This document shows, in pieces, positions 1 through 9,804 of a stretch of 64,000 bases of DNA (position 1 is its first letter; the number at the start of each line of letters is the position of its first letter). Origin of the DNA: an uncultured Acidimicrobium sp. (GTDB taxonomy: Bacteria; Actinomycetota; Acidimicrobiia; Acidimicrobiales; Ilumatobacteraceae); the NCBI GenBank assembly GCA_964433615.1, contig CAYSRZ010000001.1, forward strand, positions 1,366 through 65,365, read 5' to 3'. The notes under the pieces were generated by a model. The model did not search any database. It saw nothing but the letters and a program-made list of their open reading frames with translations, and had not been told where the DNA came from. The position numbers and the translations under genes were made by a program.

Positions 1-139
1 AGTCGTCGAATGTCTCGGAAGAGGCCACGACGCTCGACTCGAATTCAGGGCCGAGCGCGCAGGTCGATTCGGTCGAGCTCGTCGCGCCACATCCGACGAG
101 ACCACCAAGAACAATGATCGCTGCGCCGAGACGTCTCAC
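1..139 (-). CDS. Lipoprotein, N-terminal fragment (gene runs off the left edge)
   Basis: Reverse translation from GTG at 139 gives VRRLGAAIIVLGGLVGCGATSSTES..., a signal peptide with lipobox LVGC. The GTG overlaps the TGA of the upstream ABC gene (GTGA). Confidence 0.5.
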   Translation of the reverse strand, partial: MRRLGAAIIVLGGLVGCGATSSTESTCALGPEFESSVVASSETFDD

Positions 140-1914
140 GACGAAGTGGCGCTCAACCACGATGCATACATTCGCGCGTACGCGCCACCGCGAGCGACAA
201 GATCCTGGTGAGAACCCTGCTCGACGATTCGTCCATCTTCGAACATCATGACTCGGTCAGCCCGTGCTGCGGTGGAGAGACGATGTGCGACTGAAATCGT
301 TGTTCTACCCTGGGACACACGCTCGAATGTTCGCGCCATGCGAACCTCGGTCTCGGCGTCCACCGAACTCGTCGCTTCGTCGAGCACGAGAATCGACGGC
401 GAGGCGATGAATGCGCGAGCAAGTGCGACCAATTGCCGCTCGCCCGCCGACAGCGACGACCCTCGTTGACCTACGGGTGTGTCGATTCCCCTGTCCAGGG
501 AGGCGATCCAGTCAGACAGCGACAACTCCTCGAAGGTCTTCAGGACGTCCTGGCGCGAGGCTCCCGGATCGGCAAAGACAAGGTTTTCAGCGATTGTGGA
601 GGCAAAGAGGAACGGTTCTTGGGGCACGACGACGAGACGCGAGCGCAGGTCCGTGTTTGCCACCTTGCGAACGTCGACCCCACCAAGGGTGACGACGCCG
701 TCTTGGGGATCCGCGAGACGAGAGATCAACCGGGCAAGCGTCGTCTTCCCCGACCCTGATGGTCCGACGAAGGCAACGTGCTCCCCAGGTGCGATCTCGA
801 CGTTGACGTCGCGCAATACGAGCGCATCGTGATCGTCGCTCGAGCGGGACCGATACGAAAACGAGACGTTACGGACCGACACGCCCAGCTTTCCCGGAGG
901 AAGGGTGACTGGTCGAGTCGGTTCCGGTGGGCCAATGGGTGTGTCCAAGACCCCGATGACTCGTCGCAGACCAGCCACGGCGTTTTGCGTCTGGTCGATC
1001 GTCTCGGTGAACTCTGCTATCGGTTCCAAGAACCTGTAGGTCAAAAAGACGAAGCCGACGAGGGCGCCTGCGGTGATTCCACCGTCGGGTCCGAGCACGA
1101 CTCCAGCCCCGATCACAGAGGCCACGGTGAACGTTGCAAACACTTCCCCCGACGGGAACAAGAACGCACCGATCACACCCGCCCGAATGTTTGCCTTCGC
1201 ACGGGCGTAAATCCCGCGTCGTGATTTCTCCAGGAACTCCTCGGTCGCGCCGTAGGCCTGGATGGTCTCCACGCCCGCGAACATCTCCCCGACTTCGGCA
1301 AGCAAGTCCGCGTTACGTTCACGGCTCTTTGTGTGGGCGGCCACGAGATGTCGCTGAACGGTGCGCAGAACGATCACGAGTGGGGCCGACACGATGAAGG
1401 CGACCAACGCAAGACGCCAGTCGAACGCGACCATCACGATCGCCACGACCAGCATCTGGGAACCGTCCAACAAGAGCGCCAAGCCTCCCCAAGAAAAGAA
1501 CATCGTCAGGGTTTCGATGTCACTCGTCACACGGGACACGAGTGCGCCTCTCTTTTCCTCGTTATGGTCGGCGAGACTCAGTCGGTGAATGTGGTCGAAG
1601 AGTCGGACCCTGATCGCAAAGAGACCCCGTTCTGCACGAGTTCCAAGCCGTGCTGTGGCAAGGCGCAGCGTGAAGGACGACAACAACACGGATGCGAATC
1701 CGACCACACACAGTGTGGTGACGAACTCGACCCGCATCGTTCCATCGGTGAAACCGTTGTCGATGATCTGGCGCAACAGGATCGGTATGACGAGCCGAGA
1801 ACCCGTTCCGATGAACGCGAGCAGGACCGTCAGACCGAGCCCGCTACGCAAGTCGGGAGCGATGTTCACACCCTCGCGAATGACTCGCGTCGAAGTCGAC
1901 ATCGTGTCGCTCAC
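136..1914 (-). CDS. ABC exporter, fused permease/ATPase subunit (MsbA/multidrug type)
   Basis: 592 aa. N-terminal multi-TM domain, Walker A GPSGSGKTT, signature LSAGERQ, Walker B ILVLDEATS. Confidence 0.9.
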   Translation of the reverse strand: MSDTMSTSTRVIREGVNIAPDLRSGLGLTVLLAFIGTGSRLVIPILLRQIIDNGFTDGTMRVEFVTTLCVVGFASVLLSSFTLRLATARLGTRAERGLFAIRVRLFDHIHRLSLADHNEEKRGALVSRVTSDIETLTMFFSWGGLALLLDGSQMLVVAIVMVAFDWRLALVAFIVSAPLVIVLRTVQRHLVAAHTKSRERNADLLAEVGEMFAGVETIQAYGATEEFLEKSRRGIYARAKANIRAGVIGAFLFPSGEVFATFTVASVIGAGVVLGPDGGITAGALVGFVFLTYRFLEPIAEFTETIDQTQNAVAGLRRVIGVLDTPIGPPEPTRPVTLPPGKLGVSVRNVSFSYRSRSSDDHDALVLRDVNVEIAPGEHVAFVGPSGSGKTTLARLISRLADPQDGVVTLGGVDVRKVANTDLRSRLVVVPQEPFLFASTIAENLVFADPGASRQDVLKTFEELSLSDWIASLDRGIDTPVGQRGSSLSAGERQLVALARAFIASPSILVLDEATSSVDAETEVRMARTFERVSQGRTTISVAHRLSTAARADRVMMFEDGRIVEQGSHQDLVARGGAYARMYASWLSATSS

Positions 1915-3665
1915 GAGCCCTCCCTCGCCCGCCGGTCACTTTCGTAGGACTCGATCAGCGAACGGTAATCAGCAGAGGAAGCCAGGAGTTCTTCATGCGT
2001 GCCGTGTGCCCGAACTGAACCTTGGTCCATGTACACGACTCGGTCAGCGACGGCAACGGTCGACGGTCGTGACGCGACGATCACGCACGAAAGTCCCTCG
2101 ATCGCCTTGAGTCGACGAACGATGGTCTGCTCCGTCGTCGGGTCGAGCGCGCTCGTCGTGTCGTCGATGAGCAGCACTGGGGCGTTGCGATAGAGCGCAC
2201 GTGCTAGTGCCACACGCTGCCGTTGGCCGCCGCTGAGCGACACTCCCCGTTCACCGACCATCGTCTCGACTCCGTCGGGCAGATCGTCCACGAACGACAG
2301 GGCATCTGCGTCGAAGAGGGCGCGTCGCAGCCCGGACTCGTCTCGAGCGGCCCCGAGGCAGACGTTCGCTGCGATCGTTCCCGACAGGAGGAATGCTTCC
2401 TGGAAGACCATCGCGGGTTCACCTGCCGACCAGGTGACGGAGCCTGAGTTCGGCGACAGCAAACCGCCTGCGATGCGCAAGAGCGTCGACTTACCGGATC
2501 CCGTTCGACCGACGATGGCGACGATCTCCCCTCGAGCGACCTCCATCGAAACGCCGTCGACGACTGCCGCGGACGAACCGGGGAACGAAAACGTGCAGTC
2601 GCGGATCGTGAGCACACTCGACCCAGACTTCTGCCGATGTGGCGGGGTCGTCGGGTGGATCTGTTCGTCGAGTATTCCCGACACGCGTTTCCAACCGCTC
2701 GCGGAGTGTGGTACCTCGCTCAATACGTAGCCGATGATGCGGAGCGGAAAGATGAGCAACGTGAACAGATAGATGAAGCTCGACAACTCTCCGAGCGTCA
2801 TCGCGCCGGCGCCAACTCGATGGGCGCCGATCAGGATCAGGAGCACGTTGAACGAAGCTGGAACGAAGTCGAGCAACGCCTCGAAGGTGCTGCGTGCATA
2901 GACCGCACGAATCCGCGCATCGCGCAACCTCCCGGAGATCGTCGACAATCGTCGAGTTTCCCGTTCCTCAGCGCCGAACACCTTGACGACGAGGACGCCT
3001 TCGAAGCTCTCGTGGACCGCTTCGGATAGGGCCCCTAGCTCGTGCTGAGCCCGGTCGTAGAAGACGTCGATGCGTTTCTGGTAACCCACGTTCAACGCAA
3101 GTAGACACGGAATGAGGAGTAGCGCGACCAATCCCAGTGGAACATCGACGATGATCAGCCAGATGCTCGACGCCACGACGAGGACGACGACCGACGTGCT
3201 GAACGGAAGGGGTGCGAGAACCCCTACGGTTGCGTCGACGTCGACCCCGACCCGAGAAACGAGATCACCCGTCATCTGCTGACCATGCCATTGGGCCGGC
3301 TGGCCCATGACCTTGGTCGCAACGGCGTCCGAGATCTTCGCTGCCACGTTCCACTCCGTGACCCCGGCGAACGATCGGCGCACGACGACCCCGGCGGCCC
3401 TCGTGACACCGATACCGACGATCAGACTGCCGGCAATTACGTAACGAGAAGTCGGGAGCGACCCGTCCGAAAAGTAGGCGATGATGACGTTGTCGATGGT
3501 CCAGCCGACCGCAAAACTCGACGCAACCGTGCACAACGCATAGATCGCGGCCCCGGTGACGGCGATTGCGAACGTTGCTGGCTCGTGACGGACCAGGACC
3601 TTGAGGAGCGTCACTGCCTGACGAAGGCGAGAAGACGATTCCGTCGTCGTTGTGGTGGGGGTCAC
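1911..3665 (-). CDS. ABC exporter, fused permease/ATPase subunit (partner of 136-1914)
   Basis: 584 aa. TM domain, Walker A GRTGSGKST, signature LSGGQRQR, Walker B LLIDDTTSALD. 4-nt stop/start overlap with the downstream subunit. Confidence 0.9.
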   Translation of the reverse strand: MTPTTTTTESSSRLRQAVTLLKVLVRHEPATFAIAVTGAAIYALCTVASSFAVGWTIDNVIIAYFSDGSLPTSRYVIAGSLIVGIGVTRAAGVVVRRSFAGVTEWNVAAKISDAVATKVMGQPAQWHGQQMTGDLVSRVGVDVDATVGVLAPLPFSTSVVVLVVASSIWLIIVDVPLGLVALLLIPCLLALNVGYQKRIDVFYDRAQHELGALSEAVHESFEGVLVVKVFGAEERETRRLSTISGRLRDARIRAVYARSTFEALLDFVPASFNVLLILIGAHRVGAGAMTLGELSSFIYLFTLLIFPLRIIGYVLSEVPHSASGWKRVSGILDEQIHPTTPPHRQKSGSSVLTIRDCTFSFPGSSAAVVDGVSMEVARGEIVAIVGRTGSGKSTLLRIAGGLLSPNSGSVTWSAGEPAMVFQEAFLLSGTIAANVCLGAARDESGLRRALFDADALSFVDDLPDGVETMVGERGVSLSGGQRQRVALARALYRNAPVLLIDDTTSALDPTTEQTIVRRLKAIEGLSCVIVASRPSTVAVADRVVYMDQGSVRAHGTHEELLASSADYRSLIESYESDRRAREGS

Positions 3666-3713
3666 GTGACGAGTGTATTACTGCACCTCGAAGGCGTCGT
3701 TACACTCGCAGTC

Positions 3714-4235
3714 GTGTCAACGCGACAGACCATCGCACGAACGGCGATCGTGTTGGCGATCTTCCTCACCAGCGCAATGTGGTTGTATGCGTTCGTCTTT
3801 GCTTCTCGAGAAGCCGTGAACAAGATTGGGGACGCCATCTGGCAGGCACGGGCCGAGAGCCTGTGTGCACAGGCGCTATCTGATCGACTCGCGCTTGCCG
3901 ACTTTCGATTGATCGAAGATGCGGGCCCCGACGCCCTCGCAGAACGAGCCGACATCGTGGACAAGGCCACCGACATCGTGGAGGAAATGGTGCGTGCCAT
4001 CGCAGCTGAGCCTCCGACCGACGACAAGGGCCTCGCCTTGGTCCCCCAGTGGATTGCCGACTACGAGACGTACGTCCAGGATCGTCGCGACTACGCAGAT
4101 TTGCTGCGCAGTGGAATCAATGAACCCTTCAGCGAGACGATGATCGACGGACTGCCACTTTCCGAGAAGATCTCGACGTTTGCCGCGGACAACCTTGCAC
4201 CAAGCTGCAAACCGCCGATCGATCTATCGGTCTGA
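3714..4235 (+). CDS. Hypothetical membrane-anchored protein
   Basis: C-terminal part of ORF 3285-4235. One N-terminal TM helix (AIVLAIFLTSAMWLYAFVFA) followed by a soluble domain. The ORF upstream of about 3666 is antisense to the ABC gene. Start set at in-frame GTG 3714 (alternative GTG 3666). No family recognised. Confidence 0.45.
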   Translation: MSTRQTIARTAIVLAIFLTSAMWLYAFVFASREAVNKIGDAIWQARAESLCAQALSDRLALADFRLIEDAGPDALAERADIVDKATDIVEEMVRAIAAEPPTDDKGLALVPQWIADYETYVQDRRDYADLLRSGINEPFSETMIDGLPLSEKISTFAADNLAPSCKPPIDLSV

Positions 4236-4877
4236 GCCGGAGAGGAACTGCGAGCTCGGTCGCCACTTTCCGTCAGCGTCTCGGATACGAATGATTCGCG
4301 CAGGATTTCCCACAGCGACGCAGTAATCGGGTAGGTCCTTCGTTACGACACTGTGCGCCCCAACGGCGACGTGTCGTCCGATGGTCACTCCGGGAAGAAC
4401 CACGACCCCGTGACCGAGCCAAGAACCAGCTCCGATTCTCACCGCTCGCTCGGGCTGCGTCTGTTGCGAAATCGGTCGTGTTGGGTCCTCGTAGCCATGG
4501 TTCTGATCGGTGATGTAGACGTGGTGTCCGGTCCACACATCGTCTTCGATGACGATCGACAAATGTCCGACGATCCCACTCCCCCTGCCGATGAGGACGC
4601 GGTCCCCGATCGACACCACCGGGTCATTGAAGCAGATTTGTCCCGGCATCATGCCCGCCGACAACGCGACATGGGATCCGATCATCGTGTCTGACCCGAT
4701 GCGGATGTATTTCTCGCCGAAGATGGTCGTCTGGGGGAACAAGATGACGCTGCGCTCCCCGAAGGCACCAAATCGTTTGCCCTTGGGCGTCGAAGCCCCG
4801 ATCGCGCCGTATGCCTCGAGCCACGACCACACCCGAGGAGCCAAACGCTCCGACAGGCGGTGTGGAAGGAATCTCAC
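4224..4877 (-). CDS. Hexapeptide-repeat (left-handed beta-helix) acyl/acetyltransferase
   Basis: 217 aa with repeated [LIV]-G-x-x-x-x hexapeptides (IGSDTMIGSHVALSAG, IGDRVLIGRGSGIVGH, IGAGSWLGHGVVVLPGVTIG). Confidence 0.75.
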   Translation of the reverse strand: MRFLPHRLSERLAPRVWSWLEAYGAIGASTPKGKRFGAFGERSVILFPQTTIFGEKYIRIGSDTMIGSHVALSAGMMPGQICFNDPVVSIGDRVLIGRGSGIVGHLSIVIEDDVWTGHHVYITDQNHGYEDPTRPISQQTQPERAVRIGAGSWLGHGVVVLPGVTIGRHVAVGAHSVVTKDLPDYCVAVGNPARIIRIRDADGKWRPSSQFLSGSDR

Positions 4878-4906
4878 GCCAACGAATCTACCGTTAGCCT
4901 GATTTC

Positions 4907-5704
4907 GTGCGTCCGCGAGTCACCGCTCCCGTCGTTCGCTCGCGCAAGGGTGGCACCGTCCCACTGACGATGATCACCGCCTACGACGCGACCTTTGCCC
5001 GCATCGTCGACGAGTCCGGAGTCGACATGATCCTCGTTGGTGACTCGGTTGGCTCGGTGGTCCAAGGCGTCGGAACCACGATCCCCGTGACGATCGAAGA
5101 GATGGAATACCACGTTCGACTCGTTGCACGCGCGAACCCGAAGGCCCTCATTGTCGGCGACCTTCCCTTTGGTTCGTATCACGTCAATAGCGAGCAAGGT
5201 GTTCGCAGTGCGATCCAGCTGATCAAGGCTGGCGCATCGGCGGTCAAGCTCGAAGGTGGCAAGACGATGTACGACACGATCTCTGCAATCTGCCGAGTGG
5301 ACATTCCTGTGATGGGCCACATCGGTCTCACGCCTCAGAGCTACCACCGCATGGGAGGCCACAAGGTGCAGGGTCGCGACTTCGAGGGCCGCGATCGCAT
5401 CCTCGAGGACGCCAAGTCCGTTGAAGCAGCAGGTGCCTTTGCGGTCGTCATCGAAGGCGTACCCCGCGACCTCGCCGGTGAAGTCACGAAAACCGTCACC
5501 ATCCCCACGATTGGAATCGGGGCCGGTCCCGACACCGATGGCCAGGTCCTCGTCCTCCACGACATCCTCGGATTGAGTCCTCATCCGCCGTCATTTGCAC
5601 GCAGCTATGCGAACGTCGGACAGATCGCGCGCGATGCATGTCAGCAATTCGTCCGCTCGGTGCAGGATCGTTCCTGGCCCGACGACGCGCACTCTTTCGA
5701 TTGA
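4907..5704 (+). CDS. panB: 3-methyl-2-oxobutanoate hydroxymethyltransferase
   Basis: Close PanB match: ITAYDATFARIVDESGVDMILVGDSVG, DLPFGSY, VKLEGG, GHIGLTPQS, IPTIGIGAG. Confidence 0.9.
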   Translation: MRPRVTAPVVRSRKGGTVPLTMITAYDATFARIVDESGVDMILVGDSVGSVVQGVGTTIPVTIEEMEYHVRLVARANPKALIVGDLPFGSYHVNSEQGVRSAIQLIKAGASAVKLEGGKTMYDTISAICRVDIPVMGHIGLTPQSYHRMGGHKVQGRDFEGRDRILEDAKSVEAAGAFAVVIEGVPRDLAGEVTKTVTIPTIGIGAGPDTDGQVLVLHDILGLSPHPPSFARSYANVGQIARDACQQFVRSVQDRSWPDDAHSFD

Positions 5705-5706
5705 CG

Positions 5707-6561
5707 ATGCTGATCCTGGACTCAATCGAGGCCGCACGGGTCTGGAGGGCGAGCGTCAGACAGGACCATAGAGTCGGACTCGTTCCGACGATGGGTGCAC
5801 TCCACGCCGGGCATGGACGGTGCATCACATCCTGTTCCGCGACATGCGACGTGACCGTCGTGTCGATCTTCGTGAACCGCTCGCAATTCGGTGACCCGAA
5901 CGACTTCGACTCCTATCCGCGGACATGGAATGAGGACCTCACGCTCGCCCAACAGGCTGGTGCAGACGTCGTCTTTGCCCCCCGAGAAGCAGAGATGGCC
6001 CCGCTCATGGCCGCAAGCCCACGACACGCCGGCCCACTCGCCTCACTCTGGGAGGGACGCCATCGACCTGGCCACTTCGACGCTGTCGTCACTGTCGTGA
6101 ACCAGCTGTTTTCGGTCGTCAGGCCGAACCGCGCACGTTTCGGTGAAAAGGATCGCCAGCAACTCGCCGTGATCCGCACGTGGTCCACCATCGAATGGCC
6201 CTCCATCGTCATCGACGCAGAACCGACCGTCCGCGAAGCAGACGGCCTCGCCATGTCGAGTCGAAACGTGCGACTCACCCGCGCTGCGCGGGTCGAGGCA
6301 ACGACGCTGCATCGGGCACTCGACGCAATGCAGCAACGATTCGCCCTCGGTGAGCGGTCGACGAGAACGCTCCTCGACGCTGGTAGGTCGACCATTTCAC
6401 CCGTTTTCGAACTTGACTACCTCGCCGTCGTCGATCCCACGTCTTTCGACGAGGTTGATAGAGCGCAGAGCGGAACAGTCGCGATCGTTGCTGCGACCAT
6501 CGACGGTGTCAGACTCATCGACAACGTGTCCTTGGTGGAACCTTCGAAGTCAGCGACGTAG
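5707..6561 (+). CDS. panC: Pantoate--beta-alanine ligase
   Basis: VGLVPTMGALHAGH HIGH-type motif, SIFVNRSQF, MSSRN. ATG 5707 lies just after the panB stop; the longer ORF start at 5638 overlaps panB. Confidence 0.9.
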   Translation: MLILDSIEAARVWRASVRQDHRVGLVPTMGALHAGHGRCITSCSATCDVTVVSIFVNRSQFGDPNDFDSYPRTWNEDLTLAQQAGADVVFAPREAEMAPLMAASPRHAGPLASLWEGRHRPGHFDAVVTVVNQLFSVVRPNRARFGEKDRQQLAVIRTWSTIEWPSIVIDAEPTVREADGLAMSSRNVRLTRAARVEATTLHRALDAMQQRFALGERSTRTLLDAGRSTISPVFELDYLAVVDPTSFDEVDRAQSGTVAIVAATIDGVRLIDNVSLVEPSKSAT

Positions 6562-7989
6562 ATCATCGTCGGTCTGGGTCATGCGAAACCGAAAGGTGCG
6601 AATGTCGTCCCCCGACAGAATTCCGCTGCGCGCCAACGTCCGACCGTTCTGCCAGTTTGAGAGACCCAATTCGGGCTTGTCGAGGGCAAATTGCCCATCC
6701 ACCCACCTCGTGAAACCATCTCCAACGAAAGGCGCGTCCACGAGTTGCCATGCCCGGGCAAGGTCGTCGGGTTCACTGCTCACGATCGACACGATGAAAT
6801 GGGGCGAATAGGTGTTGCACAGCGTGATCCCCTCATCGAAGGATCGGGTGCGCACGAGGAACAGCTCAGGTGCGTCTTCCCACTCCCACTCAGTTGACAA
6901 ATCTTCGTGCCTGGCCAAACGGATCTCCATTCCCGTTCCACCTTCGAATTCGCTCATGTCCTGGGCGACGAGGTGCACCACGCACGGAGTCGATCTCGAC
7001 TCTGCAATTGAGCGGAACACGTCGACGATGACCTGCTTGGCGGCCACCCACGCCGTGTCCGGGACACAGACGACATTCACCGTGTTGCACACCTTGCGGT
7101 CAAGCGAGTGAAGCAACGTTGCATTCAGGCGGCGCGGATCGAAATGCTCTCCAAGGAGCATCCACGCCCCTCCCGTGCCGTGAAGGCTCACGGCGATACC
7201 GCTGGCTCGCGCCACTGAACCGAGGTCGCGCACTGCCTGGCCGCTCCCCCTCGCAACCGCGAGGGAAACACGTGCATCGTTGAACAGCGCCAACCCCGCG
7301 GAACGTTGCGCAGATTCGACGAGGACGACCGCATCCTCAGGCAGGCCATGTTCACGCAGTGCCGGATACAGGCAGGACTCGAGGATCGCCGATGCGGTTC
7401 TGAGTGCGTCCGAGCCGATGCGGAACACGCAGGAATTGCCAGACCGCAACACTCCTGCCGCATCCACGCAGACGTTCGGTCTGCCCTCAAACACGAATGC
7501 CACGACTCCGAGCGGACTCGCGAGCTTCTCGACCATCCAACCTTCGTGGACGATGGTGTCGACCACGTCCTCCTTGCGCACCGGCGACTGCGCCCACACC
7601 AACGCGCTGTCGATCATTCCTTGGCGCATCTTGTCGTCGACAACGAGTCTGCCGACCTGCTTGCCCGCTCGACGTGCGGCATCCACATCGGCATCGTTGG
7701 CCTCACGAACCTTCGCAAAAATCGTGTCGTCCGAAAGACGACGAGCAAACGCATGAAAGAACTTGGTGATTGCCTCGTCGGGCGTAGATCCGAGTTCGAC
7801 GAAGCCATGAACAGCTCGTGTGACTGCATCGCGGGTCAACGACACGACGTCGGGAGCGACAACTTCGACTCGTGTCGGCAGTTGGATGAACAATCCACCG
7901 TCCCTGAGTGATGACGCATCGGCCTCGGAGAGCACGTACACCGTGCCGTTGGTGACAATTCGGTCACCCGCCCGATAGTCAGCCGACAT
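6550..7989 (-). CDS. Gamma-glutamyl-phosphate reductase (ProA)-like aldehyde dehydrogenase with N-terminal extension
   Basis: 479 aa. ProA-like core: GVVAFVFEGRPNVCVDAAGVLRSGNSCVFRIGSDA, catalytic-Cys region DRKVCNTVN, NTYSPHFIVSIVS. About 60 extra N-terminal residues. No proB nearby. Confidence 0.7.
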   Translation of the reverse strand: MSADYRAGDRIVTNGTVYVLSEADASSLRDGGLFIQLPTRVEVVAPDVVSLTRDAVTRAVHGFVELGSTPDEAITKFFHAFARRLSDDTIFAKVREANDADVDAARRAGKQVGRLVVDDKMRQGMIDSALVWAQSPVRKEDVVDTIVHEGWMVEKLASPLGVVAFVFEGRPNVCVDAAGVLRSGNSCVFRIGSDALRTASAILESCLYPALREHGLPEDAVVLVESAQRSAGLALFNDARVSLAVARGSGQAVRDLGSVARASGIAVSLHGTGGAWMLLGEHFDPRRLNATLLHSLDRKVCNTVNVVCVPDTAWVAAKQVIVDVFRSIAESRSTPCVVHLVAQDMSEFEGGTGMEIRLARHEDLSTEWEWEDAPELFLVRTRSFDEGITLCNTYSPHFIVSIVSSEPDDLARAWQLVDAPFVGDGFTRWVDGQFALDKPELGLSNWQNGRTLARSGILSGDDIRTFRFRMTQTDDDLRR

Positions 7990-9070
7990 ATCCGACCTCC
8001 TCGAGTGTCACCCTGCGCCGTTGTGCAATTGAGATCTGCGAAGCAACGCCAACGGCGACTGAGCGAAGTCCGTCCTTCAGACTCGCGACCCCTGACGACT
8101 CCCCGCGCACGGCCGAGGCGAACGCGAGATGCTCACGGTACGAAGCGCCGTGATGCAAGCCCTCATGTGGGGCGACATGGCGGGCCAGGTGTTTCGTGAC
8201 ACCAGACGGGCCATCGGACCGAAGGCCGAGCGAGCACTCACCAGTGGGAATTCTTGCCTCCGCCTTGGCAACGTCACCGACGACGCTGATCACCTGTTCA
8301 TCTCGAGAACCTTCGGCGAACATGCTCAACTCCAGCATTCCTCTGCTGCCCCCTTCGAATTCCACGATGACGTACGCATTATCGAGGATGTCGGGGGTCC
8401 TCCCGTGGTATTGCTCGTCTTGATGATTGACGGCGTTCGCCGATGAGGCCATGACGGCGACGGGCTCAGCGCCAGTTATCTGGTGCATGACATCAAAGAA
8501 GTGGCAACACTTTTCGACGAGGGTTCCACCGGTGAACTCGTTGAATCGATTCCAATCGCCAACCTTCACGAGGAACGGAAATCGATGCTCGACGATGGAA
8601 ACCATGCGGACCGAACCGACGCCACCCGATCGCACGGTGTCGAGGAGCCACTCCGTGGGGGCCATGAAGCGGTACTCGAGTCCGACGCCCACGCACACAT
8701 GTGGCAATTTGCGGGCCTGCGAGATGAGCATCACACAGTCGTCGATAGTCGTCGCCAACGGCTTTTCGATCAGGAGGTTGAGCTCACGTTCCATCGCGGT
8801 TGTGGCAATGGAAGCATGGGTGAAGTTGGGCGTCGCAACAACCACCACGTTGGGGTTGGTGCGGTCCACGACCGCATCGAAGTCTTCGTCTATGACTACC
8901 TCGTCTCCGACGAACGATCGCACCAAGCGACGAGAACCCTCGTCAGTATCGACGACTCCAACGACCCGCGCTCCCGGTACGTGGGCGATGTTCGCGATGT
9001 GCTCCCGCCCCATCATCCCGGCTCCAACCACCACGTATCGAAGTGGCGCGACATCGGTCCGTTCGAGCAC
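7979..9070 (-). CDS. Gfo/Idh/MocA family NAD(P)-dependent oxidoreductase
   Basis: Rossmann start LRYVVVGAGMMGREH and EKPLA motif. Start set at GTG 9070 (ORF maximum 9142 overlaps the divergent gene). 11-nt overlap with the ProA-like gene. Confidence 0.8.
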   Translation of the reverse strand: MLERTDVAPLRYVVVGAGMMGREHIANIAHVPGARVVGVVDTDEGSRRLVRSFVGDEVVIDEDFDAVVDRTNPNVVVVATPNFTHASIATTAMERELNLLIEKPLATTIDDCVMLISQARKLPHVCVGVGLEYRFMAPTEWLLDTVRSGGVGSVRMVSIVEHRFPFLVKVGDWNRFNEFTGGTLVEKCCHFFDVMHQITGAEPVAVMASSANAVNHQDEQYHGRTPDILDNAYVIVEFEGGSRGMLELSMFAEGSRDEQVISVVGDVAKAEARIPTGECSLGLRSDGPSGVTKHLARHVAPHEGLHHGASYREHLAFASAVRGESSGVASLKDGLRSVAVGVASQISIAQRRRVTLEEVGYVG

Positions 9071-9087
9071 GAAAGTAGTGTATTGAC

Positions 9088-9804
9088 GTGCCCTCAAGCC
9101 CCGTCTATTTCCGACAACTCCTGTCGGGTCGCGACTTCGCACAAAACGACGGTCTCGCGGCGCAGATGGCGAACAACGTCTATCTGATCGGGGACATTGA
9201 GACCAAGCAGTGCCTCGTCGTCGACCCTGCTTACGCGACGCAGGAAATCTTGGACCTTGCCGGCGCCGACGGGATGAGCGTGGAGGGTGTCCTTGTGAGC
9301 CACTATCACGCAGACCACATAGGTGGCCACATGATGGGCCACACCATCGCAGGAATCGCCGAGCTGTTGAATGATTGCGACGTTCCCGTACACGTCAACG
9401 AACACGAGGTTCCATGGATCACCCGTACGACGGGTGTCACTTCCTCCCATCTCGTTGCGCATCGCGGGGGCGACACGATCCAGATCGGTTCGCTCACGAT
9501 CGATTTCGTGCACACCCCCGGCCACACGCCTGGCAGTCAGTGTTTTCACGTCCATGGTGCCCTGATTTCCGGGGACACACTTTTCCTCGACGGTTGCGGT
9601 CGGACGGACTTACCGGGCAGCGACCCGGAGCTCATGTATCACAGCTTGCGCACCATTGCATCGCTACCCGATGACACAGTCATCTTTCCTGGGCACCGAT
9701 ACTCGGAGCATCCATACGGTGACCTGCGAACGATCAAGGCCCACAACCACGTGTTCAGGCCCCAATCGATGGAGCAATGGATGCAGTGGTTCGGAGGAAA
9801 CTAG
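9088..9804 (+). CDS. MBL-fold metallo-hydrolase (glyoxalase II / persulfide dioxygenase-like)
   Basis: 238 aa. HYHADHIGG (HxHxDH) motif, then TPGHTPGS and a later GDTLF segment. Confidence 0.8.
   Translation: MPSSPVYFRQLLSGRDFAQNDGLAAQMANNVYLIGDIETKQCLVVDPAYATQEILDLAGADGMSVEGVLVSHYHADHIGGHMMGHTIAGIAELLNDCDVPVHVNEHEVPWITRTTGVTSSHLVAHRGGDTIQIGSLTIDFVHTPGHTPGSQCFHVHGALISGDTLFLDGCGRTDLPGSDPELMYHSLRTIASLPDDTVIFPGHRYSEHPYGDLRTIKAHNHVFRPQSMEQWMQWFGGN

Noticed and set aside
3285-3713. N-terminal 143 aa of ORF 3285-4235
   Set aside because: Antisense to the 5-prime end of the ABC exporter gene. The translation is charged and low-complexity. The hydrophobic anchor and a plausible GTG start occur only after the ABC gene ends.
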